Shown here: one piece after another, positions 1 through 12,162 of the stretch
How the letters are laid out: the number at the start of each line of letters is the position of its first letter
Numbering within the stretch: the first letter of the stretch is position 1
Assembly (NCBI GenBank): GCA_038087875.1
Contig: CM075989.1
Coordinates: 14,262,001 to 14,326,000, forward strand
Direction of reading: 5' to 3'
DNA from: Malacoraja senta
Taxonomy: Eukaryota
DNA: 64,000 bases
The notes under the pieces: generated by a model
What the model was told of the DNA's origin: nothing
What the model saw: the letters and a program-made list of their open reading frames with translations, nothing else
Database searches by the model: none
Made by a program: the position numbers and the translations under genes

Positions 1-295
1 TGAGGATGCTGCTGATTAACTTGGACTTTAGTTCGTTTCTCTGCCGAGGTCTAGGAGAAATAATATACTCATTGTGAATAGTGCATTAGTGATTTTCTAG
101 AATGTATAGAATATTTTGATTATTTAATGACTGACATAGAAATTCATTTAGATAAGAACTTTATTGCAAATGATCTGTGTGGCTGTTACATTTGTTTTAA
201 AAGGTCCTTAAAATATGATTGATTTTAATTTTGCAACTGATAGTAGTGAAATTAACAAGTCAATTATTTTCTTCCTATGCTGCTTGGATAAACAG

Positions 296-301
296 GCTAT
301 G
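296..301 (+). CDS. UNC13C: Putative 6-nt microexon of UNC13C encoding Ala-Met (GCT ATG)
   Basis: Context is aaacAG|GCTATG|GTatgt, with a pyrimidine tract (264-276) and TGCTGC (278-283) upstream. Phase 0/0. It supplies the 'AM' that precedes 'TLAARK' in mammalian UNC13C as I recall it (…VRDV-AM-TLAARKSG…). Confidence 0.65.
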
Positions 302-479
302 GTATGTGCTTTCAAAATATTTAAATTATGTGAATGCTCTATTTTGTAAAATTCTGCAGGACAAGGATTTATACCAATGAATGAAATAAAAATCATGAGA
401 AACTTGGCTCGCTTCAACATTTGTGAATATTTAACCATTGAAATATGGCCATGTGTAGGAAGGAACTGCTTCCGACATT

Positions 480-605
480 TGACTTCTTCAGAAGAAGGGT
501 CTCGACCTGAAACATCACACATTCCTTCTCTCCAGGGATGCTGCCTGTCCCGCAGAGTTACTCCAGCATGTTTTGTCTCTCTTTGGTTTAAACTAGCATC
601 TGCAT
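480..605 (+). repeat. Penelope-derived short repeat with degenerate hammerhead-like motif
   Basis: cagaagaagggtctcgacctgaaacatc…gatgctgcctgtcccgcagagttactccagc; same sequence as the 3' tail of the Penelope fragment at 27.8 kb. Confidence 0.6.
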
Positions 606-1039
606 ATATCTTTAAAACATGGCCATAGTATTGCTGGCTCTCCATTGTCAACAATGACTTTGCATTAAAGCGGGCAACTGAAGATGGATAAGGATAGCTC
701 ATTCATTAAGTTGAACTATGTGCAATTCACACTTTAGTGCACTGGTCTCCCTTTTGGCGAAAATAAGACAAGGTGACTGCTTCATACACATACATGGGTT
801 GTGACTGAATGGTTGGAATTAAAGATGCTTTAAAGGTAGTGATTTATTTTATTGAGGAGAAACTGGTGACTAAATAAAGCAGGCATGGCCATACTGATAT
901 TTAATTGCTTAAATACTCACAAAACTATTAGATTATGATTTAATTAGGCAAGTTCCAAATTATCTCAATTCATTAGCATAACTTTGACTATCATCATAGA
1001 GTCACTGTGTTGTACAGCAAGGAAAGTGGACCAAGCACT

Positions 1040-1230
1040 GATCCACTTAACACACCACTGGTCACAGGCCTCCAATCTGAAAAACAACCTTCATCCCCCT
1101 CCTTTCACCAAGCCAATTTTGTATACAATTTACGAATTCACCCTGGATCCCTTGTGTCCTAATCTTCTGGACCAGCCGACTATGCAGGATCTTGTCAAAT
1201 GCCTTGCTGTAGTCCATGTGGACTAGAGAT
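1040..1230 (-). mobile_element. Degenerate CR1 LINE RT fragment
   Basis: Minus ORF reads VHMDYSKAFDKILHSRLVQKIRTQGIQGEFVNCIQNWL. Confidence 0.75.
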
Positions 1231-2044
1231 GTAAATAGACTGGAAATAAATGACAAATGAGAGTAGTTGTTTGGTTTCTAAACACAGCCACCTCGTCAAT
1301 TCAGTGCGATATTTTGTCTGTTCTCTAGACATTTTCTGAAGATATAACTTCATCTTGTGTAACAATCCAGAATCTTCTCAACTGAGCTTCCAAAGCTTAT
1401 TTTCAGACAAATTATGGCTTGCAATTACACACAGTAGAATTAGGCTAATTTTGTTCAAAGTTAAATATGATAGGTTTTGACAAGTAATGAAAATACATCA
1501 ATTTGGTTTTCCCATTTTGGCATGGTCTCCATTAATATTAGGTTTTATATTCGGATGAAAGCTTCCTGTTTACCATTTTTCCCAGTACACTTTATTAAAA
1601 TATAGTACAGACGTGCAAGATTTGTCAACCACATTGGTAGCTAGAGGATAATATTGTCATATAAATCCCTCTAGGGTATTAACTAAAATAATTTCTGAAC
1701 TGCTCCCCACAATATATGGTACATTAAATTGCTGAGTAAACAACAATGCCTTTACATTTGTCAATAAACCTTGCAAATGTCTGAAAATCCGAATCCTAAT
1801 TGTTGCAACAACCAAGCAGTGAAAGTGTATATTATTGGTTTTCTCTGAGGATCACTGCCTATTTCAGCATTATTTTTTTGTGTGCTTACTTAATAACACT
1901 TAAGTCAAAACACAAGGACTGATTTATAATCTAAGATTCTGTAGATCATTGAAATAACCATATTTTTATTTCACTTATAGAATATTGGTGTCAATCTCAA
2001 AACAAGTATTTGTTGCCCATTCCAAATTGACCTAGAAATGTATA

Positions 2045-2170
2045 GGTAGGAACAAACTGCAGATGCTGGTTTAAATCGAAGATAGACACAAAATGCTGGA
2101 GTAACTCAGCGGGACAGGCAGCATCTCTGGAGTGAATGAATGGATGATGTTTCGGGTCGAGACCCTTCTT
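2045..2170 (-). repeat. Penelope-derived short repeat
   Basis: Reverse complement reads aagaagggtctcgacccgaaacatc…gatgctgcctgtcccgctgagttactccagcattttgtgtct. Confidence 0.65.
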
Positions 2171-2711
2171 AAGTATGTAATTTTGTGTACAGAACAGTGT
2201 TACTCAACCTTGAGATGAGAGTTGCCCTCCTTCTGCAGGGTTTTATCATGGCTGTCTGCACAGTTAGTTCAAGCAATTCCAGTATCTCACTACTGGCCAA
2301 GTTGAGGCGAAGCACTGTTCTAATAATGACATTTACCTGTTGTATGGACATTGGAATATTTCTGTAAATTTCATTTTGCCTTTCTTTCCTGGAGAGCAAC
2401 AAATAGTCCTGAACCCAGCTTAATCAATATTTGAAAGGCACAGAAATAGGCCTGAAATACAGCTTCAAAACTCTAGTAATGCACCAGTACCTCTTATGAG
2501 AAGCACTGGCCAAGAAGAGAATCTGATTCAATTGATAGAATCAACCGATTCTCAATATTTTTCATCAGTATTTGTGGCCCCATCCAATACTACCGACAGG
2601 ATTGTTTTTAGGAATGACAAAAATGTTAACACATGGATTTCTTATTACACCATTTATGAATATAAATGTCTTCCCTTTGCTTATGGTGAACATTTTAACT
2701 CCTCTCAACAG

Positions 2712-2783
2712 ACCCTTGCTGCGAGAAAAGCGGGCATTTCTTTTGCCATGACCACGAGAACCTCGGTAAACAATCAAGAATTG
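2712..2783 (+). CDS. UNC13C: UNC13C (Munc13-3) coding exon, TLAARKAGISFAMTTRTSVNNQEL, upstream of C1
   Basis: caacAG acceptor, GTAAGT donor, 72 nt, phase 0. Resembles UNC13C TLAARKSGLSLAM…TSLNNEEL. Confidence 0.9.
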
Positions 2784-3896
2784 GTAAGTGTGTTTCTTTA
2801 ACAATTACACGGCTGGTAAGCTTTTTCAGTTGATGAATAACTCTTTTGTAGTGAGAATTTTGGGGAAGTCACGAAAAACATGTTTGAACGCATTGCTCAC
2901 TAGTAAGATGTAGTTCTTCCATAGTTACACCTAATCGGTTACATGTAGAAGTTGAAGGTCTGTTTCCATTAAAAATGCCTATTTGTAACAGAAAGAAAAA
3001 CAGTTCCAGATGCTCATGACCATAGGAGTTTTGAGCTGAAACCTGCATATTCTTTAGCACTCGATGGCAAATTGATTTTTTCTCTTGGTTCAATTTTTTC
3101 TAATCTTTCTGCTCATTCAACCAGAGGTTGTATTGTAGAAGCTGTTATCATCAGTTTAACCATTTTCAAATAAATTATCAGTTAAAAGTCATGTTAATAA
3201 ATATACTCAAACTAATTTTTTAAATTATCCACGTCATTTTCATCAGGCATTTTCAAAGTCCTGGCCACCAATTTAAAGGTCACCGAGTAATAAAAGAGAA
3301 TAATCATTTTGAAAAACTGGTATTGAGAAGAAATAACATGAAATATAATTTGCATTTATGAATAGGAAGGATTTAGAGGACTATGGGCCAAATACAGGCA
3401 AATAGGACTAGCCCAATATGCCAATTTGGACTGCATTGCAAGCTGGGCCGAATAGCTCTGTGACAACTGGTGAATAAGCCCAGGGTTTGCATTCCTTCAA
3501 TTGATGGTTATATCACAAGAGAGCTTAAAATATGTTCTTGAGAAGAAAATAAAATCTGATAGGATGCAGGAGCTGTGGAAAATTATCAGTTTAATTAAAT
3601 GGTATCAAATATTGAAATCCTGTGAAATTATAAAGTATTTTAATTAACTGAATTTAACGGATTTAATTCAAATGTAAAACTTTGAGAAGTAATTTGGGAA
3701 GAACTATTAAATAAAATGGATATACTTTATTTGATGTCCTCGTGTCATATCGTACATTCTGCAATGGGCTTGATTCGAGGTTAAGAAATCAGTGAGTATG
3801 TATATTCTACTCCAATTTTGCTAATCTACCCAAGTAGATAAAGCCCCTCATCTCTGGAATTATTCTAATATGTGTGCTTTACACTTGCTCTAAAGA

Positions 3897-4020
3897 GGCG
3901 GTGCATTGGTGCAGTGGGTAGTGCTGCTGCCGCCTGATAGCTACTGTGCTGCCCGGGGCTGATCTTGACTTTGGGCACTCTCTGTGCAAAGTTTACACAT
4001 TGTCCCTGTGACCATGTAAA
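3897..4020 (+). mobile_element. tRNA-derived V-SINE (HE1-like) fragment
   Basis: A-box-like ggtgcagtgggtag head followed by a core ending …tccctgtgacc that is shared with copies at 9.7 kb, 11.9 kb and 53.0 kb. Confidence 0.6.
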
Positions 4021-4569
4021 TTCCCCCCCCCCCCCCCGGGTACACTTGAAAACCCTTCATCAGTTCTGAGAAAGAGAAAAAGTATTTCCGCTGTCTGGTT
4101 AGCATGCAACAAAAGCTTTTCACTGCACCTCGGTACATGTAACAATAAACGAAACTGAACTGGAAAAGCAAAAAAATGACACATGTCAGGCAACATCCCT
4201 GGAGTAGATGGATAGGTGACGTTTCGGGTTGGGACCCTCATTCAGACCTGAAGCATCACCTATCCATGTTCTCTTGGGATGCTGCCTTCCACCTCCAGTT
4301 CCTACAAGAGAAAAAGCAAGTTAGTCCAAGTAGCAGCAGCGGTAGGGTTGGGCAGACTTTAGCAACAGTTCCTTCCGAGTCTCTCCATCCATGTGCTTGT
4401 CTAAATCCCTCTTAAACGCTGCTGTTGTATCTACTTCAATCTCCGCATCTCCACCCCTGACAGCACGCCCAGGCACCCATCACTCTCTGTGTGGGGAAAA
4501 AAATGTCTCACTCTTTAACTTTTCCTCTGTCACCTTCCACAGTTCCCTCCTTGTTGATCTTTATATATT

Positions 4570-6275
4570 ATAGTAAGAAAGGATTTTAATGTTTTCTCTC
4601 GTTAATCAATTGCAAAAATGGAGGCATACGTGTCCGATTATAATTTGGTTGGAACCCGTCCTTGAGCTCGCAAAGGGATACCTCCCTCAGCATGCGTAGG
4701 GATATGGGCACAAACCCAAAATCCTAATCATCCCACTCCGATAAGGAAGCTTGTTTTCCTTTCAGCTGCGAGTTCACTGTGTTCTGTGTGAAAGTTGTTA
4801 GTTGCATTTCATACTCCAACTTCTACCTTCATCCTGTTTCTCGTAACTATCTAGATGCCTCTCTTCACTCTCATGTCCTCTATGATCCCATATAATGTTA
4901 ATATATTCATAAGTATTTAATACTACAAAGAAAGTTAATAAAGAATATGTCTACATTTTGACACTTTTTTATCATCGTCTTATCACTATAAAAATTTTCG
5001 GTTCTTGCGTTTCCTTCTCGAGGGTTCCGTCTGAGTGATGGAGTTTACATCTGGTGGCATGTATCTAATTGGGTTTTTCTTTTACTTTTACTGCCGTTGG
5101 CATTGTTAGCAGCACCAAATATGGTCTTTTCCACCTAGAAGAGAAAGAATCTTTGTTCATTGCTCGCACTTAAACCTGATCTCCTGGTTTAAATGGATGC
5201 ATATTTCCTTTTGCCGGAGGGACCTGTGCCTGCTTAACTTTCTCATAGATTTTACTAACTGTTTCACACATGGCTTGAGCATATTTTTCATATTCCATAT
5301 TTCATCATTCCATATCTGGGCTACCGTCTCAGGAGTCATCGGGGATCGGGTTCCTGTTGTCATAGGTCGCCCCATCAATATCTCGTGAGGTGTTAGGCCC
5401 GTGTTTCTATTTTTCTGATTTCTCAGGGCATACATCACTTCGGGCATGGCGTCTGGCCACAACAACCTATTTTGCTGGCATACTTTGGCCAAAGTAGCTT
5501 TTATTTCCCCATTTACTCTTTTTTACCATCCCTGAGCACTGTGGTTGATATGGTATGTGTAATTTTACTGGAACCCAAGAGCCTTCGACAAGTTATGAAC
5601 TAATTTACTGGTGAAATGAGTGCCTCTGTCACTGTTTATTCCCATGGGTATCCCGGATCTAGGTATTATTTCTTTCATTAAAATATTGACTACCGTCCTT
5701 GCATCATCCCTCCTAGTGGGGTATGCTTCCACCCATCTGGAGAATATATCAACTATGACCAGAATGTACTTAAAACCCTTTGCTGCGGACATATGTACAA
5801 AATCAATTTGCAAATTCTCAAAAGGCATTTCGGGTTGTGATAGGTGATCAGATTTTGCAGGTGTCTTCCCTCTATTATTTTGTTGACACACCAGACATGT
5901 TCTTGCAAGTTTATCAATTATGACTGTTATACCTGGTGCATACCCTTGTTGGGACAATGCATGTGCCGTCCCCTCTTTTTCCATATGAGCCTGTCCATGG
6001 GACAAAAATTGGCTCCTGGGACAAACTACCTGACCATCAGGGTGAACCCAGACAATGGGGTCTTGATAACATCCTGCTTTGCTCAGGGAATTATTTTCCT
6101 GGGGTGATGCTCGGCTCTGGGCACCCTGTAACTGGGTTACATCAATGCTAACCAGGAGCTTTCTTTGTGCTGCAGACTTAATTTTAACCGCTTGTAATTG
6201 CGGGGTTTGCCCGAGGGCAACCTGTTTGGCTACATAATCAGCTGATCTGTTTCCCTTTGATACATCATCATCTGA
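4570..6275 (-). mobile_element. Decayed endogenous retrovirus fragment (class I, gamma/epsilon-like): RNase H end, integrase, possible env remnant
   Basis: KGNRSADYVAKQVA (RNase H end, ~6270-6220); HHCC finger (HGQAH…CLVC); PFENLQIDF, IFSRWVEAYPT, IIPRSGIP…SDRG; TGLTPHEILMGRP; WKRPYLVLL C-terminal motif. Stop at 5565 and frameshifts; no LTR seen. Confidence 0.85.
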
Positions 6276-6583
6276 TATGCCCTCTAATATTTGATATTTC
6301 CATCATGGGAATAGGTTCTGACTGTCTATAAGTCAGACTCTCATAATTTTGTATATCACAAACAATAGAGGTCCCACTCTGATCCCTGCAGAACACTACT
6401 GGTTACAGACCTTCATGTTTGAATCTACCAGTCTACCAAAACACCGTGGATCTTCTGGCTCAACCTACCTTTGGAGGAATGAAATGTTCAATTTTGATGT
6501 TACACATGACACTTTAATTATTGTTACATATTATTAAACAATTGTCCTATTTCTAATTGGGAGAATTAACTTGAAGTAATTTA

Positions 6584-6789
6584 TGGGCCTGTCCCACTTA
6601 GGCGATTTTTTTGGGCGACTATAGGCGACTGCCGCAAAATTGTCAACATGTTGAAAATTTTTCAGCGACAGTTGAGACAATTTTTGCTGTCGTAGGTTGT
6701 CGTAAGTGCTGTCATAGGGACTGGTTTTAATGCCAATAAAACTATTCCCTGGCAGTTGCCTATAGAGTCGCCTAAGTGGGACAGGCCCA
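6584..6789. mobile_element. PIF/Harbinger-type MITE
   Basis: TIR tgggcctgtcccacttaggcga / tcgcctaagtgggacaggccca; TTA target duplication at 6581-6583 and 6790-6792. Confidence 0.85.
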
Positions 6790-6966
6790 TTATTGATACA
6801 TAACACATACAAAGAATGGCTAGGTCACAATTACTGAGGTCCACAGAGAGAATGCCTTAACAATGACCTTGTAGCGTTCGATTAATAGCTTGAAGCTCAC
6901 AATTGGAAATCAGTGTATAATTCACAAATGCAAACCTTAGGAACACAAAGGTAAAACATGCAGTGA

Positions 6967-7287
<321 letters not shown>

Positions 7288-8787
7288 TGACAAAATATTC
7301 TGTATTGCATTTGAGAAAGAGAGATCTGTTTACTGGCAGGGATCTTGCAATCAGATTCTATTGACATTTGATGAAAACTTAGTTATTGCATTAAAATAAA
7401 AAAAGCTGCAGATGCTAGAAATCTGAAATAAACAGAAAATACTGGAAACACTCAGCAGGTCAGGAAGTGTCTGTGGACGGGAAACTGAATTAACATGTTA
7501 GGTCAGAGCTTTCATCAGAACTGTTCTGATGAAGATTGTGTTAGCAGAAGTAGAAGAGCTTGAGCAGACTGTGCATGGTGGCCTCCAGAAGAGACTTTGC
7601 AGGAACCTGCAGAAAAACATTCATTTCAAGATTTGAGCGACCTGACAAGGACCTAGAAATTGGTTGGATACTCTAAACAGTTGATGTGTGGCAGGCTAAT
7701 CAACAGGTGGTAGGCCCAGGGTCTCAAAGGACCATTCCTTTTCATTGTGGTGCTTGCAAAATAAATTCAGTCATTCCTGGTCAGGTTTAGGGACTTCGGG
7801 GAGAACGGCTCAGGGGGGGGTTCAGGGATCTGGTCAGTGCTGATCAGAGTAGTCAGGACAAGAACTGGGGAGGAGGTCAGGATGAGAGATGAAATGGTGG
7901 TACTGGTGGTTGGAATGCTAGAAAAAGGTTTGGTAATAAAGTCACGGTAGAGGTGCGATTGGTAAAAGTTGGAAGTGGCTCCAATTGACAGGAGAGGCAA
8001 CAGATCATTGCCATGAGGTGGCTTGAATTAGTGCAAACTCTAAAATCCTCTTCGATCCAAACAACCATGTTTCAATGCAACCATACGGCCACAACACAGG
8101 ATTGTTTCCATGTCCACCCTGTTTCTCAAACCCATCAACATTGAATTCACATTTGCTCCTTGTCAGGTTCTTGCCCCTATTCCTTTATGACATCTTGTCA
8201 GTCTCTCCATCCATTTGATTTAAAATAATGCTCAGATATCGAGTGCATCGACAGAAGAACATTTTGATGACTATGAAAGGTTTAGAAAATAGTTGGAAAA
8301 ATGCTTATGGATCATAAATTTGCTTGGAGAAAATTCTGAGGTTGTTTTTGTGGTGTTTTTTATCACATTTATTTGAGATGCTATTTTCAAAATATGAGAA
8401 AATCTAAACTGAGATTGGCATCTTGACTGGACCTAATCTTATCATTTACAAAGATGTCAGGAATCAATCTTGTGCAGTAAATGCTTAGTATATATTCAAC
8501 AATCCCAGCAGCTAAAAAGATCTTGGTCTACACTCAGGCGTAACACTTTCCTTGTGCTAGCGTTTATAACTTCCCCCCAAAAAAAGTATTCAGCAGAGGG
8601 TATTTGTTTTTCTCTCAGTGTACAATCTCGGTGCATCCAGTTCAGATGCAGAGGAAATAAACTGATTGAACAGTTTGTGCCACCTGTGCATATCTTCATA
8701 TCCTTTCGATGTTGTTTGTTTCACCTTCACAAATCTCGCTCATTTAAAATTCTAAATAACTACTCGCTTTGATATTTACAATTTCAG

Positions 8788-9015
8788 GAGCAGCCGAGAA
8801 AAGCTCAAAGCATGGTGCAGAGGATAAAACGCAAAACATCATTGCAGCCATGAAGGAAAGAATGAAAGTCAGAGAGCAAAACAAGCCTGAGATTTTTGAG
8901 TTGATCCAAGCACAATTTGAAGTGTCCAAAGAAGACTATGCACGGCACTTGAAGGCAGCAAAACAGAGTGTGTTGGAGGGGACGTCCAAGTGGTCAGCAA
9001 AGATCAAAATAACAG
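8788..9015 (+). CDS. UNC13C: UNC13C coding exon: C1-C2B linker
   Basis: (R)[26 protein letters not shown]…[20 protein letters not shown]; tttcAG / GTcagg; 228 nt; phase matches neighbours. Confidence 0.96.
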
Positions 9016-9789
9016 GTCAGGCCTCCCTGAGCACGTGTTTCCTAACAATTCAAATGCAATATCTGGGGTAAAGACTTCATTAAAAAAAAAAAAAAAATCA
9101 GATTCACTTTGGTTCACTATTAATTTTTATTATAGAAAATGATAAGCAACTGCCAAGGTGTTACTGCCATGACAATGACCATACACAGTATTGACCTGAC
9201 ACAGTATTGACCATGCACAGCAACGACCATGCACAGTATCGAACAGCAATGGCACCGACCAGCCGCGATGCTGACCAGACCTGGCACCATCTGGCACATT
9301 CCACAGATGATCACATCACCACGTTGCCTACCTTCTCAGAATGCGGGTCACTGTTTTATTAAATTATATTATAACAATGCCGGTCACTGGTTGTTTGCGC
9401 ACTTTGAAAGCTTTCTACAACATTGTTAAAGTGAAATGGATGAATATGTAAATTCAATATATTGTTGACATTTATAGTCGCATTGGTGGAAAAAAAGTAG
9501 ACTTTTGGGTTCAAACTCCTATCAGATTGAATTATTGCTCATTTTTTATCAGTTATCCAGAATATTTGCAGGTATTTTTGTACTTGACGTGTTAAATAAA
9601 ACACTCCATTGATAATTAAATAACAGCTTTGTAGCAATACTTTCACTAGCAGGACTGCAGCAGTTGCGTAGCTGGTAAAGCTGCTGCCCCATAGCATCAG
9701 AGACTCAGGTTCAATCCTGATGTCAGATGCTGCCAGAGTTTGTATATTCTACATTGTGACTGCATGGGTTTCGTTCCTGGTTTATCCTT

Positions 9790-10450
9790 CAGCATTCTGG
9801 GACCTCATTGATCAAGGACAAAGGACAAAGATCACTGTCTAGGCCATATCCATCTCCTTCCTTGGCTCTTTCGATAACCCAGACTAAGATCCCACCTGGC
9901 CTTGGGAACTTAACCATCTTAATGTTCTTTAAAAGACTCAACACTTCCTCCTTCTTGATATCAACATGCCTGAGAATATCAGCATATCTCTCCTTAATCT
10001 CATTATCCTTCCCCCTGATGAAGACAGATGCAATGTACTTCATATAGAATCTCTCCCACTCCTCTCGCTCCAGGCATAAATAATCTCCTTTGGCCTTGAG
10101 TGGTCCCACATACCCCCTAACTAGTCTCTTGTTTTTAACGTTTAAAATGCCTTCCCATTTGCCTTACTCGTCAAAAACATTTCATTGCCACCTTTTCCCC
10201 TCTGATTCCCTATTTCCTTTGTGTTCCTCAAGAGCCCTGATGATATCAGCTCCCTGAATCTTTTTCTTCTTCCTTTTACTTTTTGACAGCACTCTCATCA
10301 CCCAAGGTTCCTGAACCTTGCCATCCTTGTCTTTCTTCTTCACAGGACCATGTTGGTCCTGAGTTCTGACTTTAAGTGACTCCGTCAGATGTGGACATAT
10401 CCAATAACAGCCGCTCCCAATCTGCTCACCCTGCTCCTGGACTAATCGTA
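9790..10450 (-). mobile_element. Old CR1 LINE ORF2 fragment
   Basis: GPLKAKGD…YIASVF…IKKEEVLSLLKNIK…PRPGGI, a decayed version of the CR1 pre-RT region seen at 21.5 kb. Confidence 0.7.
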
Positions 10451-11193
10451 AAATTCAGCATCTTTTACGTTTAACCTCAGTGCTTCCTATTGATAGTATT
10501 TCCATGAAGGATCTGACATACAATCCATGAGTATTTTGCTTTATCCATTTATAACTGGTTTCTCTTCAGCCTGACCTATTCTCTCTATATCCATTTTATT
10601 GACCTTTCCATACAATCAATTCAGCAAATTCATTCCAGGAGATGTTGTTTAGGCTGAGTAATCGGCTTGCCTATTATTTCCATCTTTTTACCTGGCCAAG
10701 AAATGAGTTAACTCCAAGGGCATTGAGAAGGGAAATCAGCAGGAAAATAAACTTCCCAGCAAAAAAGAAAAGATCATGCCTGCTGTTGGATAAATGCTTG
10801 GTGCATTTTCAAAGATCCCATCCAACCTGTGATTGATGATGCTGGTGGAAAACAAAAGTTATGGCTTACCAACCTATACCATAATTCTGGAACTCTAAAT
10901 ACTGTAGATAGAACAAAGTGTCAGGAATTGAATGCTATGTATAGGCACCATTATATTCCATGTTGATCTTCTCTGATCAAGGAAGGAAGTCGACCCCATT
11001 GCAGTAAGCTTTTCTCTAATTCATTTTTGAATGGGAGTGCTGGACCAAGGAACATATCCTACCATTCATATAAACTTTGTGCTGGTAATGGCGAGCAGTA
11101 TAAAAGATGCTCATGTACAATTAGTCATATTTATGTTTTACGTAGCTGATTGAAGATATTCATTAAATATTCCAAACTTTCTTTGTGCAACAG

Positions 11194-11335
11194 TGCTCTG
11201 TGCTCAGGGTTTACAAGCAAAAGATAAGACTGGCTCGAGTGACCCTTACGTCACAGTGCAAGTGGGTAAAACCAAAAGGAGGACCAAAACCATTTTTGGG
11301 AATCTCAACCCCAGCTGGGATGAAACATTTCATTT
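11194..11335 (+). CDS. UNC13C: UNC13C coding exon: C2B domain, first half
   Basis: (V)[46 protein letters not shown](F); caacAG / GTAAGT; 142 nt. Not shown in this frame in the ORF track. Confidence 0.96.
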
Positions 11336-11767
11336 GTAAGTACTGGATTATAAATTGGTGTTTGCTGTGCATTATCACATTTTAATGGGTTAACCTCACA
11401 GTCTGCTTCTGCGCAGGATTTTCTGAATACTGTATACAACATATTTGATAAATTTGATATACATATTTTTATAATCATCTAATTTTTTTTACGAGTTACG
11501 AGTTAAAAAGTAAGATCTGACTAAAGTGAAAGCAGTATTCACTGTCATGTTATTAAAACAATAATTTTCAAACATTTTCTACATGATTAAAAAAAAAATC
11601 AAAATGAAAGTAAGGGTATTGATGTAAACAAATTGCAAAACTGCATGTTTTTACTGGGCAAGAATTTGGTCCTTCGCCTGAATTATGCACATAAACAATT
11701 GCTCACTGGAGCTCCAGAACTGCCGCTGAGTCCGAAACAATTCTTGTTTCTAAACTGTGAAGTGTGT

Positions 11768-11770
<3 letters not shown>

Positions 11771-11825
<55 letters not shown>
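11771..11825. repeat. (TA)n microsatellite
   Basis: About 24 TA units read directly. Confidence 0.95.
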
Positions 11826-11826
<1 letters not shown>

Positions 11827-11924
11827 ATAAATGGTGAGCTACCTTCATCGCACAGAGGTTCCACAGTGCTGGTACAATCGGCGTTTCAAGGATTTGACTC
11901 AAAAACAGCGACAGACCTAGCTTT

Positions 11925-12162
11925 TATTCTGAATGTGGGTGCTTTCTGCACGTTCTCCCTGTGACCGCTTGAGTTTTCTCCGGGTTTCCTCCCACATTCC
12001 AAACACATGCAGGTTTTGTGATAAATTGGCTCCTGTAAATTGCCCTCATGTGTAGGATGTGAAACCGGGATAACATCGAACTAGTGAATGGGTGATAGCT
12101 GGTCGGCACGGACTCTGTGGGCCGAAGTGCCTGTTTCCACGCTGCATGTCTAAACTAAAACT
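11925..12162 (+). mobile_element. V-SINE (HE1-like) with CR1-like 3' tail
   Basis: Core tctgcacgttctccctgtgacc…ggtttcctcccacattccaaa; tail gggccgaagtgcctgtttccacgctg…ctaaactaaaact. Confidence 0.7.

Noticed and set aside
208..702. 164-aa minus-strand ORF
   Set aside because: No domain similarity recognised; part of it is a Penelope-derived repeat, and it is antisense to the intron.
3897..3990. tRNA gene
   Set aside because: Only a decayed tRNA-like SINE head; no cloverleaf can be drawn.
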